Assembly: GCA_052327205.1 (NCBI GenBank)
Contig: JBMRGM010000043.1
Span: forward strand, 31,124,001 to 31,188,000
Direction: 5' to 3'
DNA: 64,000 nucleotides
From: Somniosus microcephalus
Lineage: Eukaryota
The translations under genes were made by a program, and so were the position numbers. This document shows, one piece after another, positions 24,094 through 37,246 of this stretch. Below the pieces are notes generated by a model. The model was not told the DNA's origin. It was given only the letters and a program-made list of their open reading frames with translations, and did not search any database. The number at the start of each line of letters is the position of its first letter. The first letter of the stretch is position 1.

Positions 24094-24220
24094 TTTGAAT
24101 CTTCTGACTGTAACGAGGCCCATGTGACATGAATCATCAGCAACTGGAAGGCAATCGAGAGCCTGAGCACCAAGAAGATAAATACAGATGTTCGGAGTCT
24201 ACAGGAATCTACAGAAAATT
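24094..24220 (+). pseudogene. Degenerate ITIM-type terminal exon of gene A
   Basis: NEAHVT*IISN and, after a +1 shift, FGVYRNLQK align to NDYCVTYAIVN and GCVYENFPRK of exon 954-1082; TGA at 24130-24132. Confidence 0.55.
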
Positions 24221-24774
24221 CTGAAGGCAATAGTTGAAGCAAGCATGTTATTCCTACAAGTGACTAAAGAACGATATTGCTGGGGAGCACCTCAGTTCGT
24301 GATGTTCATTCAAAGCAAAAACTGTCAATCGTCACGATTCAACCACGATTTGGATTTTTCTTCACAAGAGCCTCTATGTACAGAAGCTGATTCATTTCAT
24401 TGCTGTATACAGCTGTTGATGCCTCATCACAGAGAATAAGGGGCCCAAGTTGAATAACTTCAGCATCTGTTTCTGGATGTAGATGCCATGAGGCCAATGA
24501 TCTAATGAAACTTTTGATAAACTAGCTTCCTGACTGTGCCTGAAATATTTTCATTCTGACCTAAATGACTTTCGATCGCTTGGACATTTCGCTTGTATAC
24601 GCCAGATTAATAACTGCTTACCTCCCAGATGTTTCGGGACATCTTCTGATTGATTGATTTCGCCTGGAGTTTCTGTATTGGTACTAATTGTCTGCTTATA
24701 AACCTGGATGTATCATTTCAGCTACTGAAGAATTGGATTAGGTTCTGGACAGTTTCATGTGTAAGCCTTATTCA

Positions 24775-25190
24775 TAAGAACATAAGAAATAGGAGCAGGA
24801 GTAGGCCAATCGGCCCCTCGAGCCTGCTCCGCCATTGAATTAGATCATGGTTGATCTGATCCTAACCTCAAATCTACTTCCACTCTCCATCCCACCCGAA
24901 CCTATGTGATCTACAAGGAGAGGAGAAAAACCAGATAAAAAAACCCAATGGCCAATTTGGGAGAAAAAATCTGGGAAATTCCTCTCCGACCTATCTAGGC
25001 GATCGAAACTCGTCCAGGAGAGCACTCTGTCCATGTCATTCCTACAGTACTTACCTTCTGTAAAAGGTGATCCCCACCCCAGCCAGCAACAGGCCCAATT
25101 TACTCTTGAAGGACACCTAGCTGGCAGCCTGTTCCCGAGGTCTCCACTAATTCCTGTGAATAGAACCATCTCCTGAAATGTAGCACAGAA
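24775..25190 (-). mobile_element. Stacked LINE 3' UTR fragments
   Basis: cataagaacataagaaataggagcagg tail at 24775, followed by a second tail-like segment. Confidence 0.55.
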
Positions 25191-25192
25191 TT

Positions 25193-28120
25193 AGAACACA
25201 AGAAGTAGGAGCAGGACCAGGCTACACGGTCCCTGGGCCCACTCCGCCACCCACAGAGCCATGACCGATCCGAACCTAGACTCATGTCCAATTTCCTGCC
25301 CGCTCCCCGTAACCCCTAATTCCCTTTACTTCTCGGAAACTGTCTATTCCTGTTTTAAATTTATTTAATGATGTAGCTTCCACAGCTTTCTGGGGCAGCA
25401 AGTTCCACAGACCTACTACCCTCTGTGTGAAGAAGTTTCTCCTCATCTCAGTTTTGAAAGTGCAGTTTCTTATTCTAAGATTATGCCCCCTAGTTCTAGT
25501 TTCACCCATCATTGGGAACATCCTCACCGCATCCACCCGATCAAGCCCCTTCACAATCTTATATGTTTCAATAAGATCGCCACTCATTCTTCTGAACTCA
25601 AATGAGTAGAGTCCCAATATACTCAACCACTCCTCATATGTCCACCCCCTCATCCCCGGGATTAACCGAGTGAACCTTCTTTGTACTGCCTCGAGAGCAA
25701 GTATGTATTTTCTTAAGTATCGACACCAAAACTGTATGCAGTATTCCAGGTGCGGTCTCACCAATACCGTGCATAACTGCAGCAATACCTCCCTGTTCTT
25801 ATATTTTATCCCCCTAGCAATAAAGGCCAACATTCCATTGGCCACCCATGCCAGACTATTTCCCCAATTCCATGATCACCTGCTGCACCTGCATACTAAC
25901 ATTTGGAGTTTCATGCACCAGGACCCCCAGTTCCCTTTGTACTGCAGTACTTTCCAGTTTCTTGCCATTAAGATAATAACTTGCTCTATGATTTTTCCTG
26001 CCAAAGTGCATAACCTCACACTTTCCAATATTGTATTCCATCTGCCAAATCTCTGCCCACTTATTAGCCTGTCTATGTTCCTTTGCAGGTTTTTTATGTC
26101 CTCCACACTCACTACTTTCCCTCCCATCTTTACATCTTCTGCAAACTTTGCTATGTTACACTCGGTCCCCTCCTCCAAATCGTTAATATAGATTGTAAAG
26201 AGTTGAGGACCCATCTCTGACCCCTGCTGAACACCACTAGTTACTGATTGCCAGTCTGAGAATTAACCATTTATCCCAACTCTCTGCTTTCTGTTAGATA
26301 ACCAATCCTCCACCCATGCCAGACTATTACCCCAATTCCATGATTTTTTATCTTGAGCAATAATCTTTTGTGTGGCACCTTGTCAATTGCCTTTTGGAAG
26401 TCTAAATACACTACTTCCACTCGATCCCCTTTAATCACCCTGTATGTTACGTCCTCAAAAAACTCAAGCAAATTTGTCAAACATGACTTCCCCTTCATAA
26501 AAGCATGCTGACTTTGTCCTATTAAATTATGTTTATCCAAATGTCCCGTTACTGTCTCCTTATTAATGGACTCCAAAATTTTACCAACCACAGATGTTGG
26601 GCTAACTGGTCTATAGTTTCCAGCCTTCTGCCTACTACCCTTTTTAAATAAGGGTGTTACATTAGCAGTTTTCCAATCTGCCAGGACCTTTGAATACAGG
26701 GAGTTTTGGAAAATTATTACCAATGCATCCACAACCCCTACCGCCACTTCCCTCAAGACCCTAGGATGTAAGCCATCAGGCCCAGGGGATTTATCCGCCT
26801 TGAGTCTCATCCTCTAAGGGACCAACATTTACTTTAACCACCCTTTAACTTTTTATATAACTATAGAAACTCTTGCTATCTGTTTTTATATTTTATTTAA
26901 TTTACTTTCATAATCTATCTTCCCTTTCTTAATCAATTTTTTAGATATTTTTTACTGTCTTTTGAAGACTTCACAATCTTCTATCCTCCCACTAGATTTG
27001 GCTACCTTATATGCCCTTGTTTTTAGATGGATACTTTACTTAATTACTTTACTTAGCCACAGATGGCTGTCATTTCTTTTACACCCTTTTTTCCTCAGTG
27101 GAATATATATTTTTTGAAAGTTGTAAAATAACTCCTTAAATGTACACCACTGCTCATGTACCGTCTTACCCTTTAATCTATTTTCCCAGTCCACTCTAAT
27201 CAATTCCGCACTCATAACTTCATAGTCTCCTTAATTCAAGCTCAGTACGCTTGTTTGAGATCCAACCTTCTCGCCCTCTAATTGAATATGGAATTCAACC
27301 ATGTTATGGTCACTCATTACAAGGGGATCCTTTACTAGGACATTTTTAATTAATCCTGACTCATTAAACAGGACCAGATATAAGGTTGCTTGCCCCCTGG
27401 TCGGTTCAGTTGCATACTGCTCAAGAAACCCATCCCTAATGCACTCAATAAACTCTTCCTCAAGGCTGCCCTGCCCAATTTGATTTGTCCAGTTAATATG
27501 ATAGTTAGAATCCCCCATAATTATAGCTGTTCCCTTATTCCAAGCCCCAACTAGTTCCTGATTAATACTCCGTCCAACAGATTTGCAACTTTTAGGAAGC
27601 CTATAGACTATGCCCACTAGTGTTTTCTTCCCCTTATTATTCCTTATCTCACAATCCTGATCCTTTGACCCAATATCATTTCTCTGTATTAGTGATTCCT
27701 TCCTTTATTAACATAGCCACCTCACATCCCCTTCCTTCCTGCCTGTCCTTCCTGATTGTTAAATACCCTGGTATGTTTAATTCCCAGTCATGGTCAACCT
27801 GCAGCCATGTTTCTCTAATGGCCACAAGATCATACCCATATGTCGTTATTTGTGCCGTTAACTCGTCCATTGCGTTACGAATGCTACGTGCATTCAGATA
27901 AAGAACTTTCAAATATGTTTTATATACTTAGTCCTTGCTTTTTCCCCTTTTACTACTTTACATTTTACTCCATACCTTCTGTCCCTTCCTGACACGCTCT
28001 GATTTTTAATTCCCCTACTGTTACCTAGGTCTATGACCTTCTCCGTTGTCATTTTTATTATTTGCTCTCTAGAAACCTCCCCCCCACCACTTATTAGTTT
28101 AAAGCCCTCTCTACAGCCCT
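25193..28120 (-). mobile_element. Long degenerate CR1 LINE (endonuclease and RT of ORF2)
   Basis: 'KVLYLNARSIRN', 'GIVYR..IIMGD..SDHN', 'KSPGPDGLHPRVLRE..NYRPVS..YLDFQKA.DKVPH', 'HLEYCIQFW'; frameshifts and stops. Confidence 0.95.
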
Positions 28121-29429
28121 GAAGCTATTCTTTCTGAAGCATTCCGAATATTTGTTACCCTAATAATTCTCTGCAGGACAATTTATTTCAGTGCTATGTT
28201 TCCTTGAATATAACATATTGACGTTGGAGCACACCGATTGGCCGATTTTAACTTGGCTGTATCATTTCAGCTCCTGATCAGTTAGGTTCGGGCCTCGATA
28301 TTTTCACGTAATAGCTGATTGGCTTTATGTAAACTTGGCACTCTATTTTGGCAGCTGAATAAATAATTTTAACTGGAATGATTCTCTGCTGGCTGCCCTC
28401 TTTCAGTGACGGGATATTCCAACATTTCTCATGGCATTCGGAGAAAACTGATTGGCTGATTGTAAGCACAGTGGGCTCTTCCAATATAAAAATAATCGCA
28501 ATTACTATTGCAACACATATGATCAGGAGATGGTAACGTACCCGTCTGAAGTCTGTTCCCCATTACTGAATGAACAACACAGTACTGAGCGCATTCTGCT
28601 TTTCAATGGCAGGTGGAATCAATATCTTAGGAAGGGAATATTCTGACTGATCTGTAACATGAATCGTCTTTCTTATAAGATAACTAATTAGATGAATGAT
28701 TAACTATTAGAAAGCCTGAACATGAAATAGCTACGTTGGTTATTGTTGAACAGACTGGGGAAGGGGACGAATCTCTGGTTGAAAGGGTGAAGAAGTGCGA
28801 ATTTTTGAAATAAATCTGAGTGTGGAGATGCCGTGTTGGATAGTTTGAACATGAGCGCCGGGTCTGATACACTTGTTTATTAACCTGACCTGTATCACCC
28901 GTGACTTGACTCACTGAAAGTGATGGAGGGGTGGAGGGGGGGACTCTTGCATGTTTAACGCTGCTGTGTATGAAAATGTTGCTGCAGTTAGTCCAAGCAC
29001 AGTATGTGACTTAAAGGAAGTCGACAGCGGTACAGGTGATTTACTGATACATTGGGTACAAACACAATTTCAGATGGATGACAGCATAAGTGCAGGCAGC
29101 ATCATTGATTAGTGAGGACAATGATATTGAAGCATATTTAAAAGCTACTCACAGTTTGATGTGGTGTAAATGATTCACAGCATAATAGTTTCGCCACAGA
29201 CTGAGGCAGGCAGGATTGGTGCTCGACACATGGCATTTTAGTGCCTTGAAGAAAGACTGGGGAGGATAGTATTTTGTGACTGAATGTCGAGGAGAACTGA
29301 AGATTCGCTGACAGACTGCATTTTACAGACTGGAACAATGGTATTATCCTTTGCAGTTAAAATCCAGACAAAGCGACATGGACAAGATTTAATTGGTTTA
29401 TAACATATTAGTAAAAATATAACTTTTTA

Positions 29430-30260
29430 AATACAGGATAACAAAACTGAGTAAGTGTTATAATCATTACTATTTAGATTGTTGTTAGACAACCGATATT
29501 CTGGTCATGCTTGGGACAGGAGTACAATTATTGATTCACAGCCAGCCTGCTCAGGGACACGAATTATCAAAATAAAATAGAAGCTGATGGTGTGAATGAC
29601 TTGCAGGCAGGTTGGGGATGAAAGTTATTACCAACATCCAAAGACTTGGACATCTGAAGTATAATTTGAGAACCAGCAATGGACAGGGTTGATGCCAGTA
29701 CGAGAGCAGGAACTAATAGAGATGCAGTGGAGAGGGTCAATATTGGGACTGTACCCAAACTTATAGGGCAATTTAGAGAGGGTGCAGAAGAGATTTATTA
29801 GAATGGTTCCCGGGATCAGGGTTTACAGTTACGTGGATAGACTACAGTAGCTGGGGTTGTTCTCCTTAGAGCAGAAAAGGCTAAGAGGAGATTTGATAAA
29901 TGTATTTAAAATCATGAAATGTTTATGTAGATTAAATAATTGAAAATCTTTCCAATGACTGAAGGATCGATAACCAGGGGGGAGAGAATTAAGTTGATTG
30001 GCATAAAAACAGACGCGACATGAGGAAAAATTATTTTAATGCAACGAGTGGTTATGATATTGAATTCATTGCCCAATAGAGTGATGGATGCAGATTCAAT
30101 AGCAGCCTTCAATAGGGAATTGGATAAATACTGGTAGGAGAAACAAACTTCAGGGATATGGGGCATAAGCGGTGCTGTGGTACCTTGAAAGAGCCGGTGC
30201 AGATTCGATGGACCGAATGGCCTCCTTCTGTGCTGTACTATCCCATGCTTCTATAAAATT
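29430..30260 (+). mobile_element. Old CR1 3' fragments
   Basis: Degenerate RT C-terminus and tail 'gaccgaatggcctccttctgtgctgtac'. Confidence 0.75.
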
Positions 30261-31640
30261 ATATACCCGTGCCAGTAGGACACTGATATGGTTAATAGAT
30301 TCATACAACACATACTCAGTAATTAGAATGTTGCACCACCACAATAACAACTTGAATGGACACATTTTTTAAACACAGTCAGCACTGAATGTGTAAGATA
30401 TTCCATTGCCCTGCATGTCTGCAATTAGATGGCTAAACTTATCTAGAGTGCAAAAATTAACGTTAAATTATAATTAGAATATTGGCTCTGTAGAGCCAAG
30501 TTAACGGTTACCTGGAGTGAGCCAGATGCTGGGACGAGATTGGGCAGCTAAAGCAGATACACTGGATAAGCCTGTGTTTAGGCTTCAGTAATTTGTGAGT
30601 TGAATCGCCTCTTTGTAAAACACCGGGTTAAACTCTCGGGACTTTAATGGTTAATGGTGCCAGTGTGAAACACGTTCAGTGGTCACAGCTCACATTAGTT
30701 GCAGCCCTTCACCTCGGTTCCCTCTCAACCGTTGTGCCAGGCCACACACACAGAGCGGGTCTGACCGCTTCCGTAAACCCGTGAAAATAACAAGCCTTCA
30801 GCCTGGGGCCACAGATCAGTCCAGTCTATGTGTTAACGGTACAAGATGCGCTTACAATAAATCATGTTCAAAACAGTTTCCAGAGATGTCTCCGGCCTGT
30901 ATTCCAACTGTTCGCTTCTGATAAGAATGTATTTTAAAACTGCCAGGGCTCATTTCACGTTTCAACGTTAGGGTGAACTCGTCATCACGGTTTAAGTTCC
31001 CCTTTTCTCCAATGTGGTCAGAAGTCACACTGATCTCAGTGCGCAGTCGCGTGGTGCATGGGCAGTGAGCTCCACAGCTGCAGACTGCTCTCGTGGAACT
31101 CGCTCCAGCCGCTGTCTCCTCATTCCCCATAAGTACAGACTCGGGATCTGCGCGTGTGGGCGTTTGGTACTGAAGAAGTAGAACAGTGTCATCGGCTGAA
31201 TGTGGGCGGGTACATTTGTCGGGAACAGGAGTGGGAAGCGGAGCAATGCGCTTGGGAATAGATTGTTCTGTGTTTGACGGAATCGATCTGTTCTGGCTCT
31301 CAGTGCAAATGTTCACCCACACCTGACTAAATAGAGGCTGCATTGAAAAAAAAAAAATTATGATCCATGAGTTCTTAAAAATTGGCTTGGCTCTCTCGAA
31401 GGCGAGTGACTGTCTGCAAAGTGGAAAAATGCAATGATTTGGGGAAAGGGCAGGGGAGTGGGATCAGTTAGCAAGTGCTTTCGAAGGTCCGGCACAGGCA
31501 CCAAGGGCCGAATGGCCTCCTTTTGTGCTGTATGATTCTATGACCTCACTTTTCAGTTAAAATGAACTGAAAACAGCTGAACCGAAGCGAGCGGTTTCAC
31601 AGATGGAATGGAGCTTCTGCTTGGAGCCCCCGCTTTCTAA

Positions 31641-31671
31641 ATGAAGAACATCTGTCGCCTTCTGATCCTCT
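31641..31671 (+). pseudogene. Orphan leader exon S1, module 2 (MKNICRLLIL)
   Basis: 31 nt with donor gtaagg; upstream non-coding donor mutated to ataagt (31129); no Ig exon before the next leader. Confidence 0.65.
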
Positions 31672-32239
31672 GTAAGGGAATCTCAAATATCACTAGTGCC
31701 TTTGAAAATCTGCGTCATTCACCCCGGACCCACAATCAGATTAATAAGGCTCATTCTGTAAAAGGCAGCGACGCACTAAATTGATAGACAGTTTCTGAAA
31801 GTAAGACATTTATTTAAAATGCGTTGAAATGTCCTTACTATGTTTCAATTTTAATCTGAATTTAGTGCAACAATGCTGAGTTTGATTAGTCAGGGTAACA
31901 GGATCTTTCTGCTCATCTAAAGAGATCCACTTTACTATAACAGGTTGCTTCTAAACAGCATAATATTTTTGCTTTACCAATTATTTAGCCTCACCTGCAG
32001 AAACAGCTTTCAAATGTCTAATTTTTTTAGTTTTGTTTATAAGTAGGAATTAACAGCTTATGCACTTCATATGAAGTGTCGGCGTTGTCCCATTTGTTTC
32101 ACTCTTACTAAATGCTATTAATAAATGCGGTGAGCTTTGCAGTGCTTGGTTTCTGTGGCTAGCTGTTAATCTTGGTCTAAAGCATTGCTTCATGGTTTTG
32201 TGTGGCACAGGCTGGCTTCTTGTTTAACATCTGCTATAG

Positions 32240-32870
32240 AGAGACTGGGATAAAGATAGATTTATAGAGAGATAGAGAGGGACAAACTTTCACACAGACA
32301 CAAACACACACACACAAGCAGATAACGAAAAATGCAGAGAGAGACCGAGACAGAGATAGAGTCAAAGAGAGAGAGATGGAGTCAATGAGTCAGAGTGAAA
32401 GAGGAAGATTAACACACGAGAGAGAAAGAGTCACAGAGATACCTCAAGTCATAGACACAGATGACTGAGAGAGAGAGACACACAAAAAGAGGCAGAGAGA
32501 GAGAGAGAACATGAGGGAGAGACAAGGAGGTACAGACACATAGTTAGACACACAGGTAGAATGGAACAACATGCAGTGGCACAGATAGCCAATGAGAGAG
32601 AGAGAGCAACAGAGAGTGACATGCAGACAGTTACACTGACATATAAGGCAAGTCAGAGAGAGAGTGAGACCGAGAGTTATAGAGGCAAACAGATGAAGAC
32701 CGGGAAAGTGTGACAGAGAAAGATTCAGCAAGGGACAGACAGAGAGAGCCAGAGACAGACAAGCAGAAGGCAAACATTCAGGGAGGCGGTGGGCTAAAGA
32801 TTCCGTGAGAGAGAGCGAAAGAGAGAGAGGCAGAGCGAGAGACACACAGATAGGGACAGAGCGAGAGCAT
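32240..32870. repeat. GA/CA-rich low-complexity tract
   Basis: Degenerate (GA)n/(GACA)n; paralog at about 40870-41540. Confidence 0.9.
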
Positions 32871-33920
32871 TAGTTTTTTTTCACTCACCTATGAGCAAAC
32901 ATTATGATTATATTTTTTAAATTACTGGTGTAAGGGAGAGCAACATACCGGGCACCATTTTGAATTTCAGGCTCATTTAATATCTGCTGCCAAACCTGGA
33001 GTTAACAAAGCTGAAGAGATAACAGTTACTTTGATTTAGCTTGAACTAAACTGACGGCTTCAAGGCTTTTGGCAACGAAATTTATAATTGTAGATCTTTA
33101 ATGTTAATGTCTGATGCAATTTACTGGCATTTAGACTGAAGTGATTCCTTACGGTCAAATGTCATTGAGACTGCCTTGCTGTGAGATGCTGATGTCAGCG
33201 CTCTGTTGTCTGGTTAGCCAATACACCACAAGAGATGAAAACAGGAACAAATAACGGGGTTTGCATCTTTAGTGTACCACAGGCTCTTTTAGCAGAACCT
33301 CATCTATTTTAATAACATGACATTAGTTGTGGGACCATGTCAGCCACAGCTAGTTCCACAGCTTAATGCGGTAAATCTTAAATGATGATAAGTAATTCTT
33401 AACTTGTCTGTTCTTGGCCTTATAATCGCCCCCATGTTTTATTTGTTGCACAGCACATAAAATCCACCTTGTGAAAATAATTGGCCAAATTAAATACTTG
33501 AATCATTCACCTCATTGAATCCTAGCTGGACAAAAGGCCCAGGTTCTACATGCTAAACAATGAAATACACACACATCTGCATTGATCATTGACCTTTTTG
33601 CAATTATTTTTGAAAAGGTTGCAGCATTAGGCGTTGCCTTAGTAGTGTGATTCCTCTGGTCTGAGGCGTGTTAAAATATTTCTGCAGCCAGCTGCTTGAT
33701 CATGCACTGTCTTCACGAGCAACATTTGCCACCCAGTCAAAACTTGTGATGCTGATTAGGCTAAAGATGATTTAAATGATGATAGAAACATTTGAAATGG
33801 AGTAGCCCATTCAGCCCTTCGAGGCTGCTGATTTTTCATTCAACTATACAATGGGTGATCTGTACCTCAACTCCAATGACCCCCTTTTGCTCAATATACA
33901 TTGTTGCCCTCACTCAACTA

Positions 33921-34310
33921 GTGTCAGCCGTGGCTCAGTGAGCAGCATGCTCGACTCTGAGTCAGAAGGCTCGTGCATTCAAGTCGCACTCCAGAGATTT
34001 GGGCAAAAAATCTGGGATCAAACTCCAGTGCAGTGCTGTGGGAGTGCAGCATTTTCAGAGGTGCCGTCTTTCGGATGGTACGTTAAAGCGAGGCCCCGTC
34101 GGGGAGATTATCCCCGGTGCCCTGGGCAATATTTGTCCTTCAGTCAACATAACATAAACAGATTATCTGGTCATTATCATCATCACTGTGTGAAAATTGA
34201 CTGCTACTCTTCCTACAGTGACTACACTTCAAAAGTACTCCACTGGCTGCAAAGCGCTTTGGGAAGTCCTGAGGTTGTGAATGGCGCTCTAAAAATGCAA
34301 GTCTTTCTTT
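33921..34310 (+). mobile_element. SacSINE1/DeuSINE-like SINE (module 2 copy)
   Basis: Aligns to 7843-8235 in the same flanking context. Confidence 0.75.
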
Positions 34311-34876
34311 TTTTAACTAAAATATATCTTGATCGCCGTATTGGCCGTTCCAATTTACCACCAGATTCCACAGCGCTCTTAGCGGAGTGAGTTGCAATTT
34401 CTCAATACACAATGCATGAAAAGGTGCTTCCTGATTTCCATCCTAAATGGACTACCACTAATTTTGAAGAAATGTTCTCTTCTCCATGACAGAACAAACA
34501 CACTCATTGGCTCTCAGAACAATGACTCATTTCAATCTTTGTCAGTTTCCTTTCATCTGGCAGCAACTTTTCCATGTAGTACTCAGACCATTAGGATCTT
34601 CAACAATAAAAACATCTTATCTTTCTTCGTGAGATGGTCAATTGACATAATTCGATGTATTAATATTTTACATTTACATCAACAGAACTGAATACCTGGC
34701 AGAACGTATAGACTAGCAGCAAATGTGGTACCGCCTGTTTTGTGTCCCTGCCGAAGTCGAATTTCTCCTCCTGGGTATTTCCTCTATTCAGCTGCTTTAC
34801 AGATGAGCAGCTTTGGTCCAATTTGAAGATGGTCTCAGATAATGAAACACATTTTACATTGTCTTCTCTCTTTCAG

Positions 34877-34906
34877 TGCAAGTTACTCATCAGTCGAACA
34901 CACAAG
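34877..34906 (+). pseudogene. Orphan leader mini-exon S2, module 2 (LQVTHQSNTQ)
   Basis: tctctttcag | 30 nt | gtatga; 3 substitutions versus the other two copies. Confidence 0.65.
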
Positions 34907-35729
34907 GTATGATGACAATAATCTGCATTATTGATAATCCAGTTTGTGGAATGAACGCTTCCAATTTATAGCTATAGGACAGCAGCAATCAAGCAATGAA
35001 GTCATTTTCAGCTTCCGCCCGAGCATGAAACTGCGTTCTGGAATCGCCACCTATAACGGAAAAGCTCGATCATCATTTTCATTGATTCAGGGTGAATTGA
35101 AAGTGGGCGGTTTCTCTAATGGTCGGCCAATCAGAACCCCATTTGTAAGCCTTAACGTAAAGTTTAATGTCTACCACAATATATTAAAGACAAAGTGACC
35201 TATAAATTGGTGTGGGTAACTGTCAGCTCATCGGCTGAGGATTGGAAGCGTGTAATCATAATTGAGTAAATAAATGGATGGATAGATCGACAGGTCTAAG
35301 ATGAAATAACAACAAATGTTGATGAAATTAGGGTGTTACTCTTGTGATTAGACTTTGCAAAAGCGCTTAATGAAGTTCCACATAATAGACTTGTTTGTGA
35401 AATAGAAATCAAAGTATTAAGGACAACATAAGGGGCGTCAGCTTATCATAAGAAGGGACACGTGACCTTCAATTGCCACGATTGTCGCTATGGCTTTTCG
35501 GGTTATAGATCTATTGGTCGTTAATCAAGTGCTTTTAAGGAAATATTCTAAAGGATGTCATACCTGTACTTTAACATATTCCAATATATACTTACTTTAT
35601 ATTTCTTCTGATTAATATACAACATTTTCAGTCTGTTGTTATCTACATATCGATGTATCTCTTTTTGATTGTCTTACCATCTATCTAAGTATCTGTCTGT
35701 TTATTCATCGACAGTATAGCAAATAATCA

Positions 35730-36430
35730 AAGGCAGGCACCAATAGGACAGATTAGGTTCCAGTCATAAATTGTATCAGTAAAATAGTCCAGGTACTAAC
35801 CATAGACCTGTATCATTAGGACAGTGTAATTGATAAACATAGGCCTGTACGAGTAGGAAATAAAGTTTGAAAAATGTGCCGATACCAAAAGGACAGTATA
35901 GTTACAAATCAAAAACCTGCAGCAATAGGACAACAGAAACAGTCATCAAAATACCTCAGCCAGTATGACAGATAAGGTATTAATCATAGGCCTGCATCAA
36001 TAGGACGGTATAGATAGATAATGATTAGAGACATGCAGCAGTCGGACACTGCAGGCATTAATCATAGACCTGTATCAGAAGGACTGTGAATGTACTGAGC
36101 ATTGACCAGCACCAGTAGGGCTATATATGTTGTAATTACTAACTGCATGAGTAGTAAATTAAAAGTTCCTTATCTAGCGCATCTGTGTCGCATCCAGTTC
36201 TAGACCAACACCAATAGAACTGTGGAGATTCTAAATAGATTTCACTGCAGTAGTATAGAGTTGGTATTTATCGGCGATCTGGGCAATGGGGACAGTATAG
36301 CTACTAAAAGCTGACCTGTACTAGTGGTGGAGTCAAGTACTGATGACATACATTCTGCAGTGGGAGAGTCGAGGCAGCAATCATAGACCTGCACCAGTAG
36401 GTGATACCTAGAGAGAGCCCCAGAGAGGAA
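35730..36430. repeat. Degenerate ~37-bp minisatellite
   Basis: Paralog of 3890-5290 without the MITE. Confidence 0.75.
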
Positions 36431-37215
36431 CAGAACTATGCGGCTCAAGGAGTCGCCCCATATAATCCTGGTTTTAGGCTTCATTAATTTGAGTCGAATC
36501 ACCTAGTTGCTAAACATTACTGACTGGATTAAACTCTCGGGACTTAAATGGTTAATTGTGCCAGGGTGCAACAGTTTCAGTGGTCTGATGTTTCACTGGT
36601 ATTAGCACTTCGCCTCCGTTCCCCCTCTACAGATGTACCAGGCCACACACACAGAGCTGGGGTGACCACTTCCCTAAGCCCTTGAAAAAAACAAGCCTTC
36701 AAACTGGGGCCACAGAGCAGGCCAGTCTCTCTTTTAACGTTATAAACTGCGGTTAGAATAAATCGTATTTATAACAGATTCAAGCGATGACTCCGGCCTG
36801 GAATCCAACTGTTCTCTTCTGATAAAAATTAATTTTAAAACTGACAGGGCTCAGTTAACTTTTCAGCGTTAGGTTGGATTCGTCACCGTGTACGGTTTAA
36901 TTTCCTCTTGTCTCAAATGTGGTCAGAAGTCAAAGTGATCTCAGTGTGCAGTCGCCTGGTGCATGGACAGTGAGCCCCACAGCTGCAGACTGCTGTCGGG
37001 GCACTCGCTCCAGCCGCTGTCTCCTCATTCCCCATAAGTACAGACTCGGGATCTGCGTGTGCGGGCGTTTGGTACTGAAGAATTAGCACAGAGTCAGCGG
37101 CTGAATGTGATTCTATGATCTCACTTTTCAGGTGAACAGAACTGAAAACAGCTGATCCGAAGCTCGCGTCTTCACAGAGGGAGGTGGACTGCTGCTCAGG
37201 TCCCCCGCATTCGAA

Positions 37216-37246
37216 ATGAAGCACATCTGTCGCCTTCGGATCTTCT
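37216..37246 (+). pseudogene. Orphan leader exon S1, module 3 (MKHICRLRIF)
   Basis: 31 nt with gtaagt donor; Leu to Arg in the hydrophobic core; upstream donor ataagt (37034); module ends near 39370 without S2. Confidence 0.65.

Noticed and set aside
25193-28120. Active LINE or domesticated reverse transcriptase gene
   Set aside because: ORF2 is split by several stops, frameshifts and deletions, and the catalytic motif reads FAED.
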